Assembly (NCBI GenBank): GCA_963695095.1
Contig: CAVOFT010000001.1
Span: forward strand, 1,824,001-1,888,000
Source: an uncultured bacterium
GTDB taxonomy: Bacteria; Krumholzibacteriota; Krumholzibacteriia; JACNKJ01
Length of the DNA stretch: 64,000 nt
Reading direction: 5' to 3'
Shown here: positions 37,705-48,671 of the stretch, one piece after another
How positions within the stretch are numbered: position 1 is the first letter of the stretch
Layout of the letters: the number at the start of each line of letters is the position of its first letter
The notes under the pieces: model-generated
Database searches by the model: none
The model's input: the letters and a program-made list of their open reading frames with translations, nothing else
Told to the model about the DNA's origin: nothing
Made by a program: the position numbers and the translations under genes

Positions 37705-39789
37705 GTGCAGCAGGCGGCCCAATCGCGGATTCTCCGCGTGATCTCCGAGACGGCGTTGAGCGGGGCATCCCTGGGCATCCCGGCTGCGCCGGACGGGTGG
37801 CGGGTGGAGTTCGAGCAGCTTGCGGATGCCGAGCTCGAGCGGGAAGCCCCCGACCTGCTCCTCCTCGCTCTGCCGCCGGAGAGCCCCGGCCTGAGCGTCT
37901 GGCTGGGCCGCTTCCGCCTCCTCAATCCCCAGTGCCAGGTTCTGCTCGCCGAAGGCGCCGAGGATGCCATCTGGTACCGAGCGGCCATCGCCCTGGGTGT
38001 GGACGGCCTGCTGCCCTCGCCGATGGCGCCGGCCGACTGGCTGCACACCCTGGCGGCCAGCGCCGAGGCCCTCGGCGCGGCCGACGCCCAGCGGCGCGTC
38101 GTCGGCGATCTGGAGCGCAGCTCCCAGTCCCTGGCCGAGAGCCGGCGCCAGCTGGCGGGGCTCCTGCTCCAATCCTACGAGCAGCTGGGCCGCGTCCATC
38201 GGGAGCTGGAGCGGCGCCTCGAGCAGCTGTCCGTGCTCTATCGCCTCGGCCGGGATCTCGGGCGGGAGCAGAACTGGGATCGCGCCCTCGATGAGTTTCT
38301 GAAGTCATGTGTTGATAGCCTTGGATTCAAAGGCGTTGCGCTACTGCTTTGGAGCTTCGATTCGCGGCGCTTGGCCGTCCGCGCCGAGCTGGCCCTGGCC
38401 GGCGACAGCCTCCTCGGCGCCCTGCGCCGCCTCAGCGCGCTCTCCGGCGAGCGGCTCGGCGGGGCCGGAGTGCTCGGGCTCGCCGTGGACCGGGAGCTGT
38501 TGCTGGGGGAGGCCCTGCGCGGGCGCATCGCCGAGGCCGAGTTGCTGGCGCTGCCCCTGGCGATGGGCGAGGAGGCAGAGGGCTTCCTCGTCTTTCGCAA
38601 GCCCTACCCGACGGCCGCCGAGCTCGATGCCGACTTCCACTTCTTGAAGACCGTGCAGACCCTGCTGGGCGAGGCGATCGGCGGCGCGAAGGCGATGCAT
38701 CGGCTCAAGCGCCTGGACGCCTTCAATCGCAGCGTGCTGGAAAGCGTGCACGCGGCCGTCCTCACGGTGGATGGCGAGGGCCTGGTCAGCTACCGCAACC
38801 CGCGGGCGGCCGCCCTCTTCGGCGCGCGGCTCGTGCCGGGCGCGCCCTTCGCCTTCGACAGCGGCTTCCACCTCCTGGACGCGGAGCCGGGCGAGGGCTC
38901 GGGCCTGGGAGAACAGGACTGGATCCAGCGCGACTGCCGGCTGAGCGGTGCCGGGGAGCCCGAGCGGCGGCTCCTGCTGTCGGTCACCTGCCTGACGCCG
39001 CGCCACGCGAGCGAAGTGCGGCACGTGCTCGTCTGCGAGGACCTCACCGACTACAAGCGACTGGAAGCCGAACTCCGCCAGGCCGAGCGCCTGAGCAGCC
39101 TGGGCCAGCTCTCGGCGGGCATGGCCCACGAGATCCGCAATCCGCTGGCCGGGATCGCGATGACCGCCCAGGTCCTCAAGTCGCGCCTGGGCGAGCGCCC
39201 GGACGCGGATCCCTACCTCGAGCGCATCCAGGCCGAGATCCAGCGCCTGGAGCGCATCGTGCGCAGCCTGCTCGAGTTCAGCCGACCGGCGCGGCCGCGG
39301 CTGGCGCCTCTGGACCTGGCGGCCACTGCCCGTCGCGTGCTGGAGGACCTGGCCGGTCAGGCGGCGGCGGCGGGCATCGAACTCGTCCCACCGGATGCCG
39401 CGGCGCCCGGGCCGGCTCTCGCCGACGGCGATCAGATCCACCAGGTGCTGCTGAATCTGGTCCAGAACGCCCTGCAGGCCTGCCGGGCCGGCGATCGCGT
39501 GGGGATCGCCCTGGAGCGCGCGGCGGCCGTCGGCGGCGCGGATCGCCTGCACCTGCGCGTCTGGGACAGCGGGCCCGGGGTGGCGGAGGCGGCCCGGAGC
39601 CGCCTCTTCGAGCCCTTCTTCACGACGAAGGCGGAGGGCACGGGCCTCGGCCTGGCCGTCTGCCGGCAGATTCTCGAGGAGCATGGCGGGCGCATCGAGT
39701 ATCGCCCGCGCCCCATGGGCGGAGCCGAGTTCTGCCTCCAACTCAGTCCGATCCCCGATCCACCCCGCAGCGAGGAGACGTCAGCGTGA
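37705..39789 (+). CDS. Cytoplasmic multi-domain sensor histidine kinase (degenerate REC-like, coiled coil, GAF-like, PAS-like, HisKA, HATPase)
   Basis: AGMAHEIRNPL, QVLLNLVQNA, DSGPG, FEPFFTTK, GTGLGL. No obvious TM segment. Start codon uncertain. Confidence 0.9.
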   Translation: MQQAAQSRILRVISETALSGASLGIPAAPDGWRVEFEQLADAELEREAPDLLLLALPPESPGLSVWLGRFRLLNPQCQVLLAEGAEDAIWYRAAIALGVDGLLPSPMAPADWLHTLAASAEALGAADAQRRVVGDLERSSQSLAESRRQLAGLLLQSYEQLGRVHRELERRLEQLSVLYRLGRDLGREQNWDRALDEFLKSCVDSLGFKGVALLLWSFDSRRLAVRAELALAGDSLLGALRRLSALSGERLGGAGVLGLAVDRELLLGEALRGRIAEAELLALPLAMGEEAEGFLVFRKPYPTAAELDADFHFLKTVQTLLGEAIGGAKAMHRLKRLDAFNRSVLESVHAAVLTVDGEGLVSYRNPRAAALFGARLVPGAPFAFDSGFHLLDAEPGEGSGLGEQDWIQRDCRLSGAGEPERRLLLSVTCLTPRHASEVRHVLVCEDLTDYKRLEAELRQAERLSSLGQLSAGMAHEIRNPLAGIAMTAQVLKSRLGERPDADPYLERIQAEIQRLERIVRSLLEFSRPARPRLAPLDLAATARRVLEDLAGQAAAAGIELVPPDAAAPGPALADGDQIHQVLLNLVQNALQACRAGDRVGIALERAAAVGGADRLHLRVWDSGPGVAEAARSRLFEPFFTTKAEGTGLGLAVCRQILEEHGGRIEYRPRPMGGAEFCLQLSPIPDPPRSEETSA

Positions 39790-41162
39790 ACCACTCGATC
39801 CTCATCGTCGACGACGAGCAGACCCTGCGCTGGTCCCTGGGCGAGGCCCTGCGCGATACCTACCGCGTCCTGGAGGCCGAGGACGGCCCCAGCGGCCTGG
39901 CGCGCCTGCGCGAGGAGGAACCCGATCTGGTGCTCCTGGACGGTCGTCTGCCGGGCCTGGCCGGCATCGACCTGCTCGAGCAAGCCCGCAGCGAGGGCTA
40001 CGAGGGCCAGGTGATCATGATGACGGCCTACGGCGAGCTCGAGACGGCCGTGCGGGCCATGAAGCTCGGGGCCTACGACTTCGTCAGCAAGCCCTTCTCC
40101 CTCGAGAAGATGAAGAAGAGCATCGAGAACGCCCTCGAAGCCAAGCAGCTCCGGCGCGCCAACCAGCACTGGGAGGAGACCCAGCGCAAGGGCGATCCCT
40201 TCATCGGCTTCGTGGGCAAGAGCCCGCGCATGCAGGAGCTCTTCGAGAAGATCCGCAAGATCGGCGCCAGCCAGGCCTCGACGGTGCTCATCCAGGGCGA
40301 GAGCGGGGCGGGCAAGGAGCTGGTGGCGCGGGCCATCCATCGGGCGACCCTCGGCGTCAGCGGCCCGGTGGTGGAGATCAACTGCGCGGCGATCCCGGAG
40401 ACCCTGCTCGAGAGCGAGCTGTTCGGCCACGAGAAGGGGGCTTTCACCGATGCCAAGAACCGGAAGAAGGGCCTCATCGAAGCGGCGATGGGCGGCACGC
40501 TCTTTCTCGACGAGATCGGCGAGATGGGGCTGCAACTGCAGGCGCGCCTGCTGCGCGTGCTCGAGAACCGCACCTTTCGCCGCGTCGGCGGTCTCGAGGA
40601 CCTGCAGGTGAAGGCGCGCATCGTGGCCGCCACCAACAAGGATCTCATGCAGGAGGCGGCCGCCGGCCGCTTCCGCAGCGATCTCTACTTCCGCCTCGGC
40701 GTCATCGTGCTCGAGGTGCCGCCGCTGCGGGAGCGGCCGGAGGATATCGCGCCCTTGGTGAACTTCTTCATCGAGCGTTTCAACCGCGAGCTGGGCAAGA
40801 GCGTGGCGCCGGCGAGCCCCGAGCTGCTTGCCGAACTTGCGGCGTACTCCTGGCCGGGCAACATCCGCGAGCTGAAGAATCTCATCGAGCGCGTGCTGCT
40901 GCTGGAGACGACAGGCGCCATTCGCAGCGAACATCTGCCGGCCGGCTTCAGGCGGTCCGGTGAAGTCGCGCTCGCTCCGGGAGCGCCCTTCCATCCCGAG
41001 CCGATCGCCGCCGTAGAGCTGCGCCACATCCAGCGCACGCTCGAGTACACGCAGGGCAACAAGAGCCGTGCGGCGCAGCTGCTCGGGATCAGCCGCCAGA
41101 CCCTGCGCGAGAAGCTCAAGCAAGGGGCGCCGGCTGCCAAGGCGGCCAGCGCCGCTGGCTGA
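39786..41162 (+). CDS. sigma54-dependent response regulator (REC-AAA+-HTH; NtrC/AtoC family)
   Basis: IVDDE, LLDGRLP, GESGAGKE, ELFGHEKGAFTDA, WPGNIREL, Fis-type HTH; GTG 39786 overlaps the kinase stop. Confidence 0.95.
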   Translation: MNHSILIVDDEQTLRWSLGEALRDTYRVLEAEDGPSGLARLREEEPDLVLLDGRLPGLAGIDLLEQARSEGYEGQVIMMTAYGELETAVRAMKLGAYDFVSKPFSLEKMKKSIENALEAKQLRRANQHWEETQRKGDPFIGFVGKSPRMQELFEKIRKIGASQASTVLIQGESGAGKELVARAIHRATLGVSGPVVEINCAAIPETLLESELFGHEKGAFTDAKNRKKGLIEAAMGGTLFLDEIGEMGLQLQARLLRVLENRTFRRVGGLEDLQVKARIVAATNKDLMQEAAAGRFRSDLYFRLGVIVLEVPPLRERPEDIAPLVNFFIERFNRELGKSVAPASPELLAELAAYSWPGNIRELKNLIERVLLLETTGAIRSEHLPAGFRRSGEVALAPGAPFHPEPIAAVELRHIQRTLEYTQGNKSRAAQLLGISRQTLREKLKQGAPAAKAASAAG

Positions 41163-41262
41163 AAAGGGACCAGCGTCGCGGTCAGGATCTGAGCCGCAGG
41201 TCTGCCCGCAGCCCCGCCGGGTGGCTGGGCGGGGTCGGCAGCTGCCCTGGCCCACCATGAAC

Positions 41263-41287
41263 TAACTCCATCGATGATACGGCCTTG
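41263..41287. promoter_or_regulatory. 25-bp IHF-like site (copy 4 of 5)
   Basis: TAACTCCATCGATGATACGGCCTTG, about 49 nt upstream of a sigma54-like promoter. Confidence 0.45.
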
Positions 41288-41335
41288 CGCGCTTACGGCG
41301 CCAGCGGCCGCGCGCTCCCCCGGCAGATTCGGCCG

Positions 41336-41351
41336 AGGCATGGAACTTGTT
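41336..41351 (+). promoter_or_regulatory. sigma54-like promoter (TTGTT variant) of the TPR-to-fliJ operon
   Basis: AGGCAT-GGAAC-TTGTT. Confidence 0.45.
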
Positions 41352-41381
41352 TTCCAGCCGGCGGAAGGGGGAAGCTGCCCG

Positions 41382-42365
41382 ATGAAGCCCTTGATGCCCA
41401 TCCTCGCCGTGTCGGCTCTGATGCTGGCCAGCACGCTCGCGGCGACGCCGCGCGCCACGGCCCCTGCTGCGTCGCCGCCCGCCGTCGGCAACGCGGGCGG
41501 CGATTCGATCGCCCGGGCCATCACCATCCTGCTGCCCGAGCTGGAGGCCCGCGTCGGGCATCTGGACGGCAGCGCGGGTAGCCAGGACATGGCCGCGATG
41601 CTCAGCGTCGCCCGCGGCTACAAGGAGCTTGGCCTCTACGACCGGGCGACCGCCTGGTACGAGCGGCTCGAGAACCTGGAGGATGCCGAGCTCTTCGCCG
41701 ATGCCATCTTCAACGGCCGGCTCGAAATCGCCATGCGAGATGCGAGCAGCGAGGCTCTGAGCGCTGTCATCGCCAACTACTCCGATCACGTGGCCGAACC
41801 CGACGCTACCCTGCTCTCGCGCGCCCTCACGGCGGTCGGCCGGCGCGGCGACTGGGAAGCGGTGGGCCGCCTGCTCGAGGCCAGTCTCCCTCTCTACCGC
41901 GAGCTGGTGCCGGCGGATCTCGTCTATCTCCAGGGCCGGGTCTATCGGCGCGAGAATCGACTCAGCGAGGCCGTCGCCCACTTCGAGCGCCAGCTCACGG
42001 CGATGCAGGAGCCCGCTGCCGTGCACCCGACGCTGCTGGCGCAGCGCGGCCGCTTCCTGCGCGGAGCCGCCGACTGCTCCTTCCTGATGAACGACCAGCT
42101 GCGCGCCCGTGACTTCTACGAGCGCCTGATCGCCGAAGGGGACGTCCACGAGCAGGAATGGGGGCGTTTCCAGATCGCCCAGATCGACATGCTGGCAAAC
42201 GACTACGCCCGGGCGGAGCGCAGCTTCCGCCAGATCGCGGCTGACAGCCTCGGCACTCTACCCGAGCTCTGGGCAGCCTCGCTCGCCGAACACTGCGTCG
42301 CCATGGGCGCGCAGCGTGCCACCTTCGCTGCGGCCGGTGCGACGGCGCCGACCGGTCTCGACTAG
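41382..42365 (+). CDS. Exported TPR-like helical repeat protein
   Basis: Signal peptide MKPLMPILAVSALMLASTLAA; TPR-like segments (YLQGRVYRRENRLSEAVAHFE; FQIAQIDMLANDYARAERSF). Confidence 0.75.
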   Translation: MKPLMPILAVSALMLASTLAATPRATAPAASPPAVGNAGGDSIARAITILLPELEARVGHLDGSAGSQDMAAMLSVARGYKELGLYDRATAWYERLENLEDAELFADAIFNGRLEIAMRDASSEALSAVIANYSDHVAEPDATLLSRALTAVGRRGDWEAVGRLLEASLPLYRELVPADLVYLQGRVYRRENRLSEAVAHFERQLTAMQEPAAVHPTLLAQRGRFLRGAADCSFLMNDQLRARDFYERLIAEGDVHEQEWGRFQIAQIDMLANDYARAERSFRQIAADSLGTLPELWAASLAEHCVAMGAQRATFAAAGATAPTGLD

Positions 42366-42373
42366 GAGTGAGT

Positions 42374-42799
42374 ATGGAGGGAACCCTGCGCCGGCTGATC
42401 GATGTCTACTGGCGCGAGCTTGCACTGTACCGGCAGGTGCGTGAGCACGTCGCGCGGCAGCGCGAGCTGATCGAAGCGGGCTGCAGCTACAGCGAGATCA
42501 ATGCCGAGCTGAGCCGCAAGCGCGAATTGCTGATGGCCGTCGAGAGCCTGGAGGCGAGCATCCGCGACGAGCGCGAGCTCTGGCGGCGGCATCGGCATCG
42601 GCTGGACAGCGGTCTGGCGACGACCCTGATGGCCTTGCTCGTCGAGGTCACGTCTCTCGTCGAGACGATCCTCGCCGAGGAGCGTCAAAACGAAATCCTG
42701 CTCACCAGCCGCCGGCGCCATGGCCTGCAAGCGCCGGTGGATGCCCGGCGGGCGGCCGCCAGCTACCGCAGCCACAGCGGCAACGAGGAGCGGCGATGA
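42374..42799 (+). CDS. FlgN/FliT-like helical protein
   Basis: ELALYRQV...QRELI...KRELL...EERQNEILL pattern with a terminal AAASY motif; family call is tentative. Confidence 0.55.
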   Translation: MEGTLRRLIDVYWRELALYRQVREHVARQRELIEAGCSYSEINAELSRKRELLMAVESLEASIRDERELWRRHRHRLDSGLATTLMALLVEVTSLVETILAEERQNEILLTSRRRHGLQAPVDARRAAASYRSHSGNEERR

Positions 42800-43505
42800 G
42801 GGCTGCCACCGCCGTCGCCACCCAGCAGGCGGCCGATCCGACGGCGGCCGTGGGTCGCTTCCTGGCCGGCTTCGCGCACCGCTTGCGCAGTCCCCTGACG
42901 GGGCTGCGCGGCTACGGAGAGCTGGCCGAACACGAAGAGGATCGGGCGCGGCGCGCCTACTGGCACCAGCAGCTCCAGGGCGGGCTGGATGCCATCGACC
43001 TCCTGCTCGAAGGCTGTCGTCGCTATCAGCTGCCCGAGCGCTTGGAGCGGCAGCAGGTCCCGGCGCCGGCGCTCATCGAGGAGGCCTGGCGCCTGGCCTG
43101 CCGCGTCACGCCGGGCGCCGCCGGTCGGGGCCTGCGCTTCGAGGCCGACCTGCCGGCGTCGCTGGTCTGGTGGGTCGATCCCTTCCACTACCGGAATCTG
43201 CTGGTCAACCTGCTGCAGAACGCGCTCGACGCCAGTCCGGCGGGGGGCGCCATCCGGGTTACCGCCGGCGGCGAGGCGATTCTCGCCATCGAGGACGAGG
43301 GCGGCGGTCTCGGCGATCTCGCCCCGGAGACCATCGTGCAACCCTTCTTCACCACGCGCGCCGATCGGGCCGGCCTCGGCCTGACCGTTGCGCGCCGCAT
43401 CGCGAGCGAGCATGGCCATGCCCTCGCCTGGCGGGCGCGTCCCGCCGGCGGGCTGGCCACGCTCATCTTGGCCGATCAGCCGTCCCCGCAGCAAAGGAGC
43501 TCACG

Positions 43506-43509
<4 letters not shown>
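42796..43509 (+). CDS. Sensor-less histidine kinase (FlgS/FleS-like position)
   Basis: FAHRLRSPLTG, NLLQNALDA, DEGGG, PFFTT, GLGL; only about 20 residues precede the H-box. Confidence 0.85.
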
Positions 43510-44897
<1,388 letters not shown>

Positions 44898-44904
44898 GAG
44901 CGAG

Positions 44905-45267
44905 ATGGCGAAGAACATCTACAGCGAAGGCAACCTCGACGTCATCAAGCGCAGCCTGGATGCCTATGCGCTGCGCCAGCGAGTGATCGCCGAGAACGTG
45001 GCCCACGTGGAGACACCGGGCTATCGCGCGCGCAGTGTCGACTTCGAGCGCGAGTTGGCCGAGGCCATGGCCCGCGGCGGTCACACGCTGCCTGAGCCGC
45101 GCGTGAGCGACCGCTCGCCGCTGAGCGGCGACAACGGCATCAACGACGTCGATCTCGAACAGGAGATGGCTGCGCTGGCGGAAACAAACCTGCGCCACAA
45201 GCTGGCCTCGCGGATCCTGTCGATCCGCTACCAGCTCTTGCGCAGCGCCATTCGTGGCCGCGGCTAG
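44905..45267 (+). CDS. flgB: Rod protein FlgB
   Basis: RQRVIAENVAHVETPGY, NDVDLEQEM. Confidence 0.92.
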   Translation: MAKNIYSEGNLDVIKRSLDAYALRQRVIAENVAHVETPGYRARSVDFERELAEAMARGGHTLPEPRVSDRSPLSGDNGINDVDLEQEMAALAETNLRHKLASRILSIRYQLLRSAIRGRG

Positions 45268-45277
45268 GAGGTAGGAC

Positions 45278-45751
45278 ATGCCGGAGGGAATCTTCAGCAG
45301 TTTCAAGGTGAGCGCCATGGGCCTCAAGGCGCAGCGTCTTCGTCTGGACGTGGCGGCCGAAAACCTCGCTAACGCCGAGACGACACGGACGCCCGAAGGC
45401 GGGCCCTACCGCGCGAAGACCGTGGTGTTCACGGCGCGCCAGGAGCGGCCGCCCTTCGTGCAGCCCTTCGCGAATCTGCTCGCCGATGCGACGGGCCTCG
45501 CTGGCCTCGGCGGCGCCGAGCGCCGGCTGGGGCCGGAGCTCGTGGCCAGCGTCGCCTCTGTGAGTGAGCCCTTCAGCAGCGAGTACGCGCCGGACCATCC
45601 GGACGCGGACGCGCGCGGGGTCCTGCTCAAGCCCAACGTCGATCCGATCGCGGAAATGCTCAACCTGATCAAGGCCACGCGAGCCTACGAGGCGAATGCG
45701 ACCGCGCTGGATGCTGCCAAGGACATGATCAACCGGGCGATCGACCTGTAA
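45278..45751 (+). CDS. flgC: Rod protein FlgC
   Basis: AENLANAETTRTPEGGPY, PDHPDAD, PNVD, RAYEAN. Confidence 0.96.
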   Translation: MPEGIFSSFKVSAMGLKAQRLRLDVAAENLANAETTRTPEGGPYRAKTVVFTARQERPPFVQPFANLLADATGLAGLGGAERRLGPELVASVASVSEPFSSEYAPDHPDADARGVLLKPNVDPIAEMLNLIKATRAYEANATALDAAKDMINRAIDL

Positions 45752-45761
45752 GGAGTGACCG

Positions 45762-46064
45762 ATGAAGGAAGTCAATCTGAGGCCCCTGGTCACCCACAAC
45801 CTGCTCAAGACCTACGGCCGCGAAGCGACGCCGGCGGCGCCGGGCAGCAGCTTTGGCGCGCTGCTGGCAGCGAGCCTCGAGCAGACGGGCGCCGCGCACC
45901 AGCGGGCGGCGGCCACGATACCGGCTTCCGTGCTGGACCAGGGCATCGACGTCCACCAAGTGATGATCGCGCAGGAAGAAGCCAGCATAACCTTCGAACT
46001 GCTCATGGAAGTGCGCAACAAGCTGATGGAAGGCTATCAGCAGCTCATGCAGATGCAGGTCTAG
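45762..46064 (+). CDS. fliE: FliE
   Basis: DVHQVMIAQEEASITFELLMEVRNKLMEGYQQLMQMQV. Confidence 0.96.
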   Translation: MKEVNLRPLVTHNLLKTYGREATPAAPGSSFGALLAASLEQTGAAHQRAAATIPASVLDQGIDVHQVMIAQEEASITFELLMEVRNKLMEGYQQLMQMQV

Positions 46065-46088
46065 CGGTAGCGAAAGGCGGAGACGGCA

Positions 46089-47591
46089 ATGGCGAGTACA
46101 CTGGGAAGATTGCGGGAGCTATGGGGCTTGCTGGGCACGAGCCAGCGGGTGCTCTTCCTCTCGCTGGCGGGAGCCGTTCTCGCCACCCTGCTCATCTTCT
46201 TCACGTGGCTCGGGCGGGAGCAGTTCACGCTGCTCTACAGCAATCTCGGTCCGGAGGAGAGCTCGCGGGTGATCGAGCTGCTGCAGAAGAAGAACGTCGA
46301 CTACCGGGTGACGAACGGCGGCGACGGCCTGATGGTGCCGGCCAGCCGGATCGGGGAGCTGAAGGTGGCTCTGGCCGGCGAGGGCCTGCCCACGGGGGGC
46401 ATCAGCGGCTACGAGCTCTTCGACGACCAGGGGCTGGGGGTGAGCGAGTTCACCCAGAATCTCAACTACAGGCGGGCGCTGGAGGGCGAACTGGCCAGGA
46501 GCATCATGACGATCACGTCCGTTGAGAAGGCGCGCGTGCATCTCGTGCTGCCCAAGCCGGCCCTCTTCAAGTCCGAACGCCAGGAACCACGCGCCAGCGT
46601 GGTTCTCAATCTCGCCCGCCCCGGCGCGCTGCGCGGGGACCAAGTCGAGGCGATTCAGCGCCTGGTGTCCGGCAGCGTGGAATCGCTGGCGCCGGAGCAG
46701 GTGACCATTCTGGATAGCTTCGGTAGCCTGCTCTCCCGCGACGGCACGAACGACGTCGCCGGGCTGAGCTCCGCGCAACTCGAGATCAAGGAAGAGGTGG
46801 AAGTCTACCTCGCCCGCAAGGCGCAGAGCACCTTGGAGAGCGTGCTCGGCGCGGGAGCCGCCCTGGTGCGCGTTAACGCCGACCTCGACTTCGAGAAGGT
46901 GGAGCGCACGCGCGAGGTAGTCGACCCGGAGACCTCGGCGGTGGTCAACGAGCAGCGCAGCCAGAGCCTGCGCGAGAGCGACGGCGAGAGCACGGAGAGC
47001 TCGACGACGCAGTACCAGTTCAACCGCATGGTGGAGAACATCGTCGGCGCCACCGGCGGCGTGCGCAAGCTGACCGTGGCCGTGCTCATTGACGGCATCT
47101 ACAGCACGGGCGCCGACGGCGCCAGCCAGTACGCGCCCCGCAGTGCCCAGGAGCTGGAAGGCTACCGGAAGATCGTGGAGAACATCGTCGGTCTGGACAG
47201 CGCGCGGGGCGACAAGATCGAACTGCTCAACGTGCGCTTCCAGGAGAACCTGCCGCTGGCGACAGGCGGCATCGGCGTGTGGATGCAGTACGGCCCGCAG
47301 ATCGTCAAAGGCCTGCTCGTGGTGCTGGCGCTCGTGTTCTTGATGCTGACCTTCCGGCGCCTGAGCGGCCAGCTGGTGGCGGGCCTGGCGACGGCGGGCC
47401 GCAGCGGTCGCGACAGCGGGCGGCATCTGGATGCCGCGGGGTTCGCGCTGGGGGAGCGCGAGGCCGCCGCGAGCGTGGAGGGCGCGGCAACGCGGGCGCT
47501 CGAGATGGAGGAGCAAGCGCGCGCGCTGGCTCTGGAGAAGCCGGAGGACATCGCCCAACTGGTGCGCACCTGGATGCACGCGAGGAGCTAA
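46089..47591 (+). CDS. fliF: MS-ring protein FliF
   Basis: GYELFD, SEFTQNLNYRRALEGELARSI, ARVHLVLP; two TM segments. Confidence 0.96.
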   Translation: MASTLGRLRELWGLLGTSQRVLFLSLAGAVLATLLIFFTWLGREQFTLLYSNLGPEESSRVIELLQKKNVDYRVTNGGDGLMVPASRIGELKVALAGEGLPTGGISGYELFDDQGLGVSEFTQNLNYRRALEGELARSIMTITSVEKARVHLVLPKPALFKSERQEPRASVVLNLARPGALRGDQVEAIQRLVSGSVESLAPEQVTILDSFGSLLSRDGTNDVAGLSSAQLEIKEEVEVYLARKAQSTLESVLGAGAALVRVNADLDFEKVERTREVVDPETSAVVNEQRSQSLRESDGESTESSTTQYQFNRMVENIVGATGGVRKLTVAVLIDGIYSTGADGASQYAPRSAQELEGYRKIVENIVGLDSARGDKIELLNVRFQENLPLATGGIGVWMQYGPQIVKGLLVVLALVFLMLTFRRLSGQLVAGLATAGRSGRDSGRHLDAAGFALGEREAAASVEGAATRALEMEEQARALALEKPEDIAQLVRTWMHARS

Positions 47592-47594
47592 GCC

Positions 47595-48671
47595 ATGAGC
47601 AAGACCGCGAAAATGCCGACGGCGGCCCCTGAAAGCGCGCCCGCGCCCGCGGCGGGCACGGACAGCCCGGAGCACAGCGGCGTCACGCGCGCTGCGATGC
47701 TGATGATCGCCCTCGGCAAAGAGGCGGCGTCCGAGATCACGCGGCACCTCGGCGACGAGGAACTGGCGGCGCTCTCGGTCGAGATCATGGCGCTGGGCAG
47801 CATCTCACCCGAGATGAAGCGCAGCGTGCTGCGCGACTTCGCGGAGATGGCGCAGGGTGGCGACTACCTCTTGCAGGGCGGCGAGGAGTACGCCCGCGAG
47901 ATGCTCGTCGGCAGTCTCGGCGAACGCAGGGCGAAGGCGATCCTCGGCCGCTTTCGCGGCGGCGGCGACAGCAACTACTTCGGGCTGATCAACAATGTCG
48001 ATCCCCCGAGCATCGCCAATTTCCTCAAGAAGGAGCATCCGCAGACGATCGCCCTCGTCCTCAGCACCTTGCCCACCGGCCAGGCGGGACAGATCCTCGC
48101 CAATCTGCCCGAAGCCGTGCGCACCACCATCGCCTACCGGATGGCGACCATCGAACGCCCAAGTCCGGAGGTGATCGCCGAGATCCAGGCGGTGCTCGGC
48201 GACTACGTGCTGACGGACGTGCCGGACATCGGGGTCAAGTTCGGCGGCACCACGCACGTCGCGGAGACCTTCAACGAGATCGACCAGGCCGTCTGGAAGA
48301 GCATTCTCGAGGGCATCGAGGACGTCGACCAGGCCGTGGCGCAGGACATCAAGAACCAGATGTTCACCTTCGGGGATCTCGTCCTGCTGGACAACAAGTC
48401 GATCCAGGCCGTGATGAAGGAGGTGGACAGCAAGGACCTCGCGCTCGCCCTCAAGGGTGCGACGAACGAGGTGCGCGGGCTCATCTTCGCCAACATGTCC
48501 AAGCGCGCGGCCACGGCCGTCCGCGAGGAGATGGACTACATGGGCGCCGTGCGCGTGAGCGAGGTGGAAGGCGCCCAGTCGCGGATCATCGACGTCCTGC
48601 GCAATCTGGAGGCCGAGGGCGCCATCTACATCGCCGGCCGCGGGGGCAAGGAGGGTGGCCTCATTGAGTGA
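47595..48671 (+). CDS. fliG: C-ring/rotor protein FliG
   Basis: EHPQTIALVLS, MFTFGDL, LALALKGA, NMSKRAA. Confidence 0.97.
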   Translation: MSKTAKMPTAAPESAPAPAAGTDSPEHSGVTRAAMLMIALGKEAASEITRHLGDEELAALSVEIMALGSISPEMKRSVLRDFAEMAQGGDYLLQGGEEYAREMLVGSLGERRAKAILGRFRGGGDSNYFGLINNVDPPSIANFLKKEHPQTIALVLSTLPTGQAGQILANLPEAVRTTIAYRMATIERPSPEVIAEIQAVLGDYVLTDVPDIGVKFGGTTHVAETFNEIDQAVWKSILEGIEDVDQAVAQDIKNQMFTFGDLVLLDNKSIQAVMKEVDSKDLALALKGATNEVRGLIFANMSKRAATAVREEMDYMGAVRVSEVEGAQSRIIDVLRNLEAEGAIYIAGRGGKEGGLIE

